51,770 nucleotides of DNA from Folioceros fuciformis (taxonomy: Eukaryota): positions 1 to 51,770 of the forward strand of contig JBNGIO010002463.1 in the NCBI GenBank assembly GCA_049999805.1. Reading direction: 5' to 3'. Made by a program: the position numbers and the translations under genes. The notes beneath the pieces were generated by a model. That model searched no databases and was not told where the DNA came from. It saw only the letters and a program-made list of their open reading frames with translations. Below, one piece after another: positions 12,501 through 21,894 of the stretch. The stretch's first letter is position 1; each line of letters starts with the position of its first letter.

Positions 12501-12768
12501 AGACCTCACAGGAGAGGTCGTGGCCATCTTCTTCTTCTTCATGACTGGGGCACCGGTAGGCCGGCGCACCGTCTTCTGCTTCTTTCTGGGGGGCGTGACC
12601 TCCACCGGCGATTCCTCCTCTTCTTCCCGGTCAGGCTGTGAGCCTCTTCCACCTTCCATGGCTGTCTTCTGTCGAGGAGTAACCTCCCATCTCCTTCTCC
12701 TCATCTGAGCTCAGCTCCTCAACCACCCGCAACTCCTCTTCAGACAGTTCTAGTTGCAGGCGTGGCAT
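9525..12768 (-). pseudogene. ParB/Srx-like domain + beta-class amino (N6-adenine/N4-cytosine) DNA methyltransferase, multi-exon, with in-frame stops
   Basis: Acidic/basic N-terminus with PPRKKQK and KKKK. ParB-like segment IREVDEVWTKCLVRQM...PLL...GNHYFAA...VYAGLTDEE..LAVDHN. MTase motifs in beta order: LLFADLPRG (IV), MVWEK, SPYQKPLGLM (X), VVDACAGSGS (I), GRHVVAMDVD. Introns at about 12372-12484 and 10722-11103 (phase of the second not resolved). Start ATG uncertain. Confidence 0.8.
10817..11033. repeat. Array of 4 GC-rich palindromes (GGCTGGAGTGCGCCGGTNNACCGGCGCACTCCAGCC-like), ~60-bp period, intronic
   Basis: Copies at 10817-10842 (perfect 26-bp palindrome), 10874-10909, 10937-10970 and 10998-11033. 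Confidence 0.9.
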
Positions 12769-13050
12769 CTCCACTTGCTTCCTTGTCACCCTTCCTGCGC
12801 TGGCAGTAAAATCTGCGATTGTCGCAATTCGCTGGCGCTCCCCGGCGATCCTGGATGCAAGCGCGCGGTTCTTGAGGACGCAATTGGCACAAAATCGCAA
12901 GACAATTCGGCAGAACTGTTCGCCTCCCTGTTACACCCACAACAAGCCAGTAATTAGGGTTAGGGTTTGCTCGGGTATTTAGCCAAAACGAATAAGCAAC
13001 ATCATGATGGATAATAAACTGCTGGGTTAATAAACAGAAAAAAAAAATGA

Positions 13051-13812
13051 TTAAGCTAAGCATATACTAACATCTTGCACACTCAGAAAATCTTTCAAAG
13101 CCGTTTTTAGCCACATCGGTTCACATTGCCGTGGCACAGCTTTCGCAACATTCACCACAATTAGGCTGTGGCTATTGTAGTCATCGGTGATATGGCTTGG
13201 TGGGTGCCGCGTGCAAATGAAATTGACGTGTGTTTCGTCTTCCACGCCATCAACGGATGCACAGAGAATCCACCCAGGCCTCCCTGCCTCATTGTTCGGC
13301 AGGCCTTGGAAACCGTTAATCCATAGAGCCATGAGCGGCACCCACGGCAAACTGTAGTCTTCTGGCTCCTCTTCGATTACTAAAAACCACTCTTTGTCTG
13401 TGTTGAACCTTTCAGCAAGCATGTCTTCAAGTTTCTTTAGCTTCAAGCGCTCAACGAAGTTGTACGCATTTGGAATATTGTGGTTCTCACTACCACCAGT
13501 GCTACCACCCTGAGTCACATTTACAGGCACCTGGTTAACATGAACCTCGCTAGCTTTGCTATTCGAGGCACGAACGCTTCCTCCTGAATTGTCTTTCCTC
13601 AATGCAAGAGCTGTTGGCTAAGGTGTAACATCTCCTACTGTGATCGATGGTCGCCGTTGGTTCTCTCTCTCGATGATGGGGTCAGATGCAGCGCGAGCTA
13701 AGACTTTCACCCCCTGTCTTGGTTTCCTTGGCCGTGATGGTGCCTCCAATACTTCCAGATCAATAGCTGCATTCAGATGCTTGTTGCTTCGCCAGCCTGC
13801 TGCCTTTTTTGC
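13051..13812 (-). pseudogene. Third transposon-internal ORF, unknown function
   Basis: The 183-aa ORF 13051-13602 extends upstream in frame through a TAG at 13618-13620 to an AG acceptor near 13812. Possible GTTAGT donor near 13071. No recognised motif. Confidence 0.5.
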
Positions 13813-14426
13813 CTACGCGAGAGGAAGCGAATGAGAAAACTTCAAATGACCAGAGCTGATGTAGAAGCAGTCAGCAACGACTAAAGCTTTGAACGAAAAG
13901 ATTTGAAGTCAACTGTGAAGTTGAATGTGTGTTGCCTGAAATAGGAAGCGTGTTTGAGCAACGTCTTCTGCATTTATGTTAGAACAACGATTAAAGGCGC
14001 CGTTCCCGATAAACAACAGCTACTTGTTTTAGTGATCAAACGTTCATATCGAAAAGGCGGCTTAATTATGTCAGCGTAACCTGTATTCAATGAATCGGTG
14101 AGTGACGGTAGAATGCATCCTGCAAGGAAGCTCCTTTGCGGTTAATCAGTGCGACATTGGCATGGATTGGCAGGCTTCTTCCTCAGGCGACATGGTGCCT
14201 ACGAAAGCATCGGAGTTCATTTCTCAAGGTAGGCCATGACTTCGGTTGAAGACGGGCTTTCGTTTGTTGAAGTTGATTAGTCTGATCTTCGCTGTTCCCG
14301 TCTTGCTGCTTTGTTCCCGATGATTCTGAAGGAATCGACATCGACTTCTGATAGTCTCCTGTACGTCTGAGTCTTCTCGATGGCATCCATACGCCGGCAA
14401 GCCCTTTGCGAAGCCAGTATCCTTTC

Positions 14427-17400
14427 ATGCCAGCGACCATGAAAACAACACCTCTGAAGCAGAATGTAGATCGCACAATCTTGCGCGGGGACTTTGCTGA
14501 TTCGGATGCAGAAGGAATTGCGAGTGGACATGGGGTACCAGGAGAATCGACCCGAGAGCGCTTCCAGCTCGAAGCCGAAGCAGGGGATGTCTTGGCCGTA
14601 GACGCGGTAAGGACGACGGGCACATCGTCGCGAAAAACATACAATCTAAAACCATCATCCGAGTCCTTGATTGAAGTTCCTGGAGATCATCGACGTAGTC
14701 GGAAGAAAAAAATCTCGACTGTACCTGAGGAAAAGTGTTTTGAGATCCGCATTTCTGCAAATTACCGGAGACTATGTTGTGCAAAGCAGTGTCTCAGATC
14801 CTTAGGCAAACCAGGCTTTCGGGATTTGAGATATCGATTTCTAAACTTGTGCAGGACAGAGCAAGAAATGTATTTGCAGACCCTGTTTGATGTCAAGCGC
14901 GCTTCGGATGGACGCTCAATCGTGGTGGCTTTTCTCATTGGATCTGTAAAGATACGTTGTTGTCGGGACGCGTTCAGACGAGTTTTCTGCATCGGTGCGA
15001 ACAGGTACGAGGCAGCAAAAGAAAGAGCTTTGGATAACATTATGTGGGTGGGCTCTGTCCACGCAGAAAAGCGCACCTGGGATCACGCTATGGCTGCTTG
15101 TGTTTGGATGGATCAATTGTTCTGCCTCCTTGCAGAACGCATGCCAAACATTGAAGTGTACCATCTTCCCGACTCATATACAAAAGGGGAAATTTTTAGG
15201 GAGTACAAGCAGCAAATGCAACGAGCGGAACAGTACATTGTGTCTCACTCTTATTTCTGTTAATTGTGGGCTTCACATTTCTACAAGGTGTGAATTCCAA
15301 AGACAAACAAGTTTTCGCTCTGTACAACCTGCGATTACCTGAAAAGGAACATCAGAGCCGAGTCTGATAAGAAGAAACAAGGTACGGTAGCGTGTTTTTT
15401 CAGTTACGTTTCACGTAGGCATATGAAGTGCGCTGGTCGACCGGCGCACTGCATTCCATCATTCCCTGGTAAGTGCACCGGTTGACCGGCGCACTTTTTC
15501 TTCCCAATGATGTTGTAAGTGCGCTGGTAGACTGGCGCCCTGCCCTTGTTTCGAACCCTTCAGTTGTCATGGTGATTGCGCATTGCTGGGTGTGCGCCAG
15601 TCTACTGGCGCAAACCTTCCTCTCCTACTCAAGAAATGAAGGGATTGGCTGCTTTGTGGCGGGTGTGCGCCGATCTACCAGCGCACACCTGTCTCTCCTA
15701 CTCAAGAAATGAAGGGACTGACTGCTTTGTGGCGGGTGTGCGCCGGTAGACCGGCGCACACCCACCAGGTCGCACACTTTTTCCATATTCCAATGTAAAG
15801 TATTTGATGTTTTTTGTAGAGGGCTTTGAATCTGACTTGAAGCTCCATCGAAATAGACTGAAGGCAGAGCTCGAGAAGAGTATAAAACGTCGGGTCAAAT
15901 GTTATGGCGACCCCGGAAAGTACATTGGAATATCAGTGGATGGAATGGATCAACAGAAGACTCACTTGCCCCATTTCGTACGAGTGCCCAAAGATTTAGC
16001 GGATGATGATGGCCTCATTGATGTCCATGTAGTAGGGTGTATGGTATACAACAAGACTTTGACACCAAAGCTCTTCATCGAGTTCGGCAACACTCGAAAT
16101 GATGCGAACTTAACAATATCAATTATTCAGCGCGTGATTCACGAGTATGAAGGCTTGCTACCTGGAGTACTTTATTTGCAGCTAGACAACACGGCACGCG
16201 AGAACAAAAACGCGTTGTTGTTTTCTTATTTGAATATGTTAGTGGAAAAGCGGGTTTTCTTGAAGATAAAAGTCGGATTCCTGCTAGTAGGGCATACGCA
16301 TGACCAGGTTGATCAGATGTTTTCCAGGTTTTCAACAGCACTCGGTCGGAAAGAAGCTTTGACTTTACCAAAATTGATTGCACTTATGCAGGGCGCTTAT
16401 ACCCCCGTGCCAGATGTTGAAGAGGTGAAGGAGGTTCCAGACTTCAGAAAGTTTGTTTGGCCTATACCCTATGGGAAAGCAGGATATCAGAGTGTTGCAG
16501 TGGTTCATCACCTGCATAATATATCGTTTCAACACCAGTTCAAGATCACAAAAGAGAGTCGCGGAGATCGTGGACCTGTTACAGTTATGAGAGGAAAACA
16601 GTATTCCACTGATCAATACTGGTCGCCTGATGAAGGGATAGAACTCCTGAAAGCAGTTCCGGAGAGGAATATGAAAGCCGCTCCACAGATGCATCTGCAG
16701 GTGAGGAGTAGGAAACAAAAGAGTATTATACACGATGTCCCAGGATATAATCTGTGCTAGATTCAATCAAGATTGGAGTTCAAATTACGTCAGCACTTAG
16801 GTGTGGGTGAAGACATCTGGTGGGATTCATTTTGGGCCGAGCAAGAGGCCATCGTTCAAATTATTAATTCGGGTGTAGAGCAAGACCATGACTGGCCATG
16901 GCCATGGTATAATCGCGATGAGGCAAAGTTGGTAAACACCCCGTTACTCGTGCCAGATGCTTTGGTGTTGGAAAACCCACAAATACGAGAAGTTCCTAGA
17001 AGAGATATGTATGTGGGGCCATATAGAAAAGACGCACACGTTGGGAACGATGTTGACAGCTTCAGTGGAGATGTATCAGAGATCGAAGTAGGGCACATGA
17101 TTGCTGTCCCATGCGAGACAAACGTAGACAACAAGCCTTTTTGGATCGCGAAAGTGCCGGACACACAGAAGGAAAATGACACTCAAAATATCACAATCCA
17201 TTGGTGGGTCACGAAATGTTCAGATGCATTTGAAGGCCGTTATCAAGAGGAGATGATATTGCCGAATGAAGACCCAGCCATGGGTTCTACACGACGACGT
17301 AAGGACGGCCAAGCAGAAGACTTCGGAAACATATTGACACAATATCTGTCACGAACACTTTTATTTTTGCGTATGGATTTGAGTTGACTCGTCAAAAACA

Positions 17401-17500
17401 ACTGCACGCTCGCACTCGAAATCTTATCAGAAAGAACTTGTACATGCTTAGGCAAGATCAAGAAAACCATGTACATAAACTTGATGACGACCTCGCATGA
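14427..17500 (+). pseudogene. DDE (RNase H-fold) transposase of Sola1/DUF7869-like type, 2 exons, with stops and a frameshift
   Basis: Cys-rich N-terminus (CCAKQC, CCRDAF, FSLCTTC) and core ISVDGMDQQK...LYLQLDNTARENKN...FLLVGHTHDQVDQMFSRFS. A phase-1 intron 15382-15819 (G|GTACGG...TTTGTAG|AG) restores the frame. C-terminus ...IFAYGFELTRQKQL...DDDLA* follows a frameshift near 17300. Confidence 0.85.
15427..15762. repeat. Array of 6 palindromes GTGCGCCGGTMGACCGGCGCAC inside the transposase intron
   Basis: Copies near 15428, 15471, 15517, 15589, 15662 and 15735. The last three sit in a ~74-bp tandem unit that contains CTACTCAAGAAATGAAGGGA. Confidence 0.9.
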
Positions 17501-18829
17501 CTACTTGATGAAATGTAGACTATATTGGTTAAGTACTTTCATGTATTCCACACTTTATATATATGAACACTGTTGGCAAAGAGCTGTGGTTGGCTATTCA
17601 TAAGCACCCTTGTGGGGGTGCGCATAGAGAAAGGCTATCTCGCCCTAACTGTGCGTTGGCCTAACCCTAACTCATTTTGAATAGTTTTGATGCACTTTCC
17701 CTAGACCCGATCTGAGTGTTCACCCGCTACTCATTGCTTCATCGGAAGGAGTGCGCCGGTAGACCAGCGCACACCTACCGTCCAGGGTTAAATGAATGTT
17801 ATTGAAAAAGCTTTAACATTTTACAGTTTCAAGTAATTCTAATTTCAAAAAAATATCATTCCGTCTACATGCAGGCGGTAGTGTCAGACCAACCGTGGAA
17901 TTGGATAAGATCAAAAAGTTTTATTGTTGGTAACCCGCTAGATTCTAGGTAAACATGACGATTAAAAAGTTTTTCGTGACCGTTTTTCCATAGATTTGGG
18001 GGTAATCCACACCAAATAGCATGATTTCTGGATATATGCCACGGAAAATGACGCCGAAAATGACCCGAAGCCCGATTTGGCAGAATACGACCGTTAGGCA
18101 CAGACCGTGTTCAAGGGGTATTGGACAAACAGTTTGTCCTTTGCTTGATAGGGGTTGGAGGGGAGCCCTCGAATTCGTCACAACAGTGTGTGAGTTGTAC
18201 AAGTGATAAGGAGGTATGTCTTGGTGATAGAGCATAGTCTTTGGAAGATGCTCTTGAGATATGGCAGACTGTCCTAGGTTGTTGATGTGAGGATTGACTG
18301 TGAGAAGCATTTGATGCGGCATCGGTTTGTGAATTTTGTCTATAGGTTGGTAGGGAAGTTGACCCAACTATCTGTCTAACTGGCTGTGACATAGGGACCA
18401 AGGACAGGATAAGGAGTTGAGGTAGCAAGAAAGGTAGACCCTCTATCCATCCATCCAAGAGAAAGGGAGGTTGTCGTTCCTTCGTGGGAATCAAACCCAA
18501 CGTCTCGACGACAATGGGATAAGTGTGGTCACTAGAAGGAGCCCAAGGCCCCCCTCCTGGACGGTGAGGTGCCCGAGATTTTGCAACCACAAGGACGAAG
18601 CCAAGGTCAAGTCCAGGGAAGGAGGAGGCAAGTCAAGGACCAATAACATGGAAGGCATAGCAGCTTATAAAAGCCTAGCCTACTAGGGGTAGTTGAAATC
18701 TGTATTTGCATACTTGTGTGCCATCTTGTTTTAAAAGTGTGCCCGGTACCAGGCCCACATATGTCCAATATTCTGTGAAGAATATTGTATGCCCTTTCTA
18801 TAAAGGCCTATATCCTTTAATGCTAACAC

Positions 18830-19112
18830 TTTCTGCTATGGAGTTCTAAGCCTGTGCCACGTGGCTACAGGTGCTGGCTGACTAATCACAGTACATTATG
18901 TGCATTGACAACCAGACCTGTTTGATCCTCACCTGTCTCTTCACCGGCCAAGAACTTCAAGAAACGATTTATACCTGGCGGTGCTGTGTTGGGATGCAGG
19001 CTTTGGATAAGCTAGTGCGTTTCGGGAAGGCGGGCTTCCACGAGTTCCATTGCTAGTCGATGACAGCCATGTAGTATGGTTTTCTTTTCACTCATTTGAG
19101 CGGAATATCTCA
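18830..19112 (+). pseudogene. Degraded inverted copy of CDC6 3' exons and intron
   Basis: TCTGCTATGGAGTTCT..GGTGCTGGCTGAC, ACCAGACCTGTTTGATC, GCCAAGAACTTCAAGAAACGATT and GTGCTGTGTTGGGATGCAGGCTTTGG..AAGCTAG.TGCGTTTCGGGAAG all match the reverse complement of 33745-33990. Confidence 0.8.
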
Positions 19113-21238
19113 GAATATCCACGAAATATTCTATCAGATTCCGAGATTCTATGCGTCCCAAATCGAACGCATCCCGTGGGTGGCTCTGCCAAAACCGCCG
19201 ACGCACCACAGCGAACACGGGTGCATGTTGATTCTTTCTTCGCTGCGTCCGGGGCCAAGAAAGAAAGTACAGGCACTAGGCCAGGCTCGGAAAGATATTA
19301 TTTCTTCAAGGCCAGGAAGTAGTGGGAAGAGAGAGTGGAGGGTACATGTATTCGGGATCCAGACTTCGTGAGTGTAGCGTTTTGTCTCTATACGACGACC
19401 TGGTTCTATCAACTTGAATTCTCCCACCGCTTGCACCGCCAGTTGCTCTCATTGGCACCAGAAGGCGGTGATCTGACAGTAGTGGTTCTGGTGATCTGAC
19501 AGTTGATGACATCAGGAGGCGGTCATGTATTTCTATGTTATATTGCAGGAATTCTCTTGGTGGAGGTGCGAATGCAGCCACTTCCACCGTAGAGAATTGC
19601 AATGAAGGGGTGGCTGCTAGGTCTGCTCTCTCGCCGAATTCATACCGTCCCAGGCCTCCAAAACCCGATCCAAGCCATTGGTAGTAACGGCAATATGTAT
19701 CATTGTTGCCAGTGCCCCTACTGCTGCAGCAGCTACTCGCATGTCCAGAGAGGCTATCAAAGTAGCGACGTGACAAGTGACGATCATGAAATATGATCTT
19801 GCAATGCTTGCACGTTCAGCATTTTCATTTTTGGAACAACGAAGGGTTTGGAGTGGCCCCTACGTACAGGGTACGCCCGCGTGCATCACGCTCCGACGCA
19901 CAGCGGCTTGCTCCACTTGCCATCATGCTCAGAATGCCAGATGGATGGGCGGACACACGCTGTTGATCCTGCGTAGGGATAAGACAAGAGGATGCTGTAG
20001 TTTTCTTGATCCTCGACTGACCCTCTGTTATGGGGAGCACAGTACGGATAGATGAATTCTTGTTAGGAACCATCATGTCATAAGGCATTACTTTGCCACA
20101 GTGGCTTGCGTGTACAAGTGTAGGTCGGAGCCACAGATTCCGAGGCTCCAATCCCAACCTGAAGTCAATACATTCAACGTTCAACCTATCAGGATATTCA
20201 TTACCAGCCTGAAACGACACCCAGTGCACAATCAGCAAGACAAGAAGACGAGGAAGTTCACGCTACCCACCTAGCTCTTAAGACAACTGGCATCATCATC
20301 CTGTCCAGGGTAAGCGGTTTCCCGTTTCCTAAGCAGCCACTGGCACACAAACAGGCCAGATTTTGACAGGCAGTCGCTTGGCTGGCAAAATTAGATCTAC
20401 AGACGTCAGGGCTGGGAATTACACCCGTCGTCAGGGCAGGTGACCTAGAACACGTTGTCTCCCAGTCTTGAATACAGTACCCCGGACGTTGCGGGTCAAA
20501 CTCACAGCTCGCTGCCACCTGCAATCGGAAGCTCGCTTGCTGGCTTCCCATTGCTGACCTTGGCATGCAATTATCCATCAACCGGATACGACTTGAATGT
20601 GCCTTCAAGATGGACGAGAGCAACCTAGGTTCTGACGCTGCTGCGGAAACGGCTACTGGTCGCTGCCTCCATTCTGTTTCAAGCCCCCCACGTACAGTGC
20701 TCTGCTACTACACTCTTCTATCTGGCAAGCGGGGTTCACGCGTTGTCTACAGGAGGAGTACAGTTCTCCTAAATAAAGCTGTTGCGGCTGCTGGTGTTGG
20801 TCCAGTGGGTGAGATCTCCCTGTGGTCAGCATTAAGTTTCAGATCAAAATCCCAGGGGCTGTTTCCGAGCATGCCTCGACCGGTCTTACAACCCCGGTGG
20901 CGGAGATGTCGGAATTGTAGTTCCATCTTCTTGGCTTCTTGCAATCCATATACTGTGCAGTAAAGTATAGGGCCGCGACAAAGCGGAATGTGAGGTGTGG
21001 TGACAGGAGCGCGCTTGGCGGACGGCCATGAAAGCATGATCTTCTGTTTTGGCCAGCGCACGCGTCACAAAGCCCAGCATGCTCCTCAAGTTCCTTTTGA
21101 CACCGTGTGTTGCGGGACCGACTGGACTCGTGGGAGTGGGATCGTGATATCTCAAATGTGGGTGTTTTCAGGCGTGGTGTTACAAACCTTGAGGCTTGAG
21201 GGCGCTTCAAGCGTACCGGAAACAGAATAAGAAGTAGC

Positions 21239-21284
21239 CAGGACTCAGGACTCAGGACTCAGGACTCAGGACCCAGGACCCAGG
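21239..21284 (+). repeat. 7-bp tandem repeat (CAGGACT/CAGGACC)n
   Basis: About 6.5 consecutive units. Confidence 0.9.
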
Positions 21285-21894
21285 AATAGGCAGCCGTAGG
21301 AAAGATCTGTTGTTCCAAATTCCACCATGTGTGTTCGTGTACGACGAGAGACTTGCAGCAACTGTGAGATCTGGTGCTGCTGCTCCATTCTTCAATGATA
21401 GCCGACCACTCTGTCGTGAAAGAACGCAAAGGCTCCTTCAGAGGAGGATTAGGTCAGATTGTTCAGAGGTGGACAGCGATCTGTTATCATAACAGATCTC
21501 TGCCCAGCTCTGACCATCTGATATAATGTCAGAGCTGGAAACAAGACTAGTTGCCTGTTGCGGTGAAGGACTGCACTGACAGAAGCCCTCCTTGCGCACA
21601 GGAAGTGAAACAGTGTAGTACAGTTTGATGCAAGAATTGAGATAAGCTGAATCAGATTAACTGGCACACTCTGTTACAAACAGATCAGCCGCCAACCGCT
21701 GTGACGGCGATGCTTTCATGCATACATACAATTCAGACCCACCCAACACTGTGACAAGACCGTTCAACAAGCTCTCTTGAACGAGACAAAGTCACTTATG
21801 CAGACACACAAAGACTCAGGACGCACGCAATCCACTGCCTGCAATGTGAGATCGCAGCCAGACTACGGCGGATGGTAAACTTCTACAGCATTGC

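Larger units (their letters stand above)
9164..18111. mobile_element. 8.9-kb TIR DNA transposon, Sola1/DUF7869-like, carrying methyltransferase cargo
   Basis: Left TIR AATAGGGTCTGCGCCTAACGGTCGTATTC (9164-9192) vs reverse complement of 18083-18111, AACACGGTCTGTGCCTAACGGTCGTATTC (26/29 match). Flanked by a CAAG direct repeat (9160-9163, 18112-18115). Contains an internal DDE transposase. Confidence 0.88.

Noticed and set aside
9525-17500. Bacterial contamination or a restriction-modification operon
   Set aside because: The genes have spliceosomal introns and NLS-like segments and lie within TIRs and a TSD in plant DNA. No restriction enzyme was recognised.
8250-18750. Flanks of the TIR element (8250-9159 and 18116-18750) look like one interrupted LTR-type sequence (TATAAAAGCC near 18666)
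   Set aside because: No TG...CA ends, TSD, PBS or PPT could be pinned down, so it was left uncalled.
19120-21230. Several 100-160 aa ORFs on both strands
   Set aside because: No recognisable motifs or consistent exon chain. Possibly decayed genes, but this cannot be supported.
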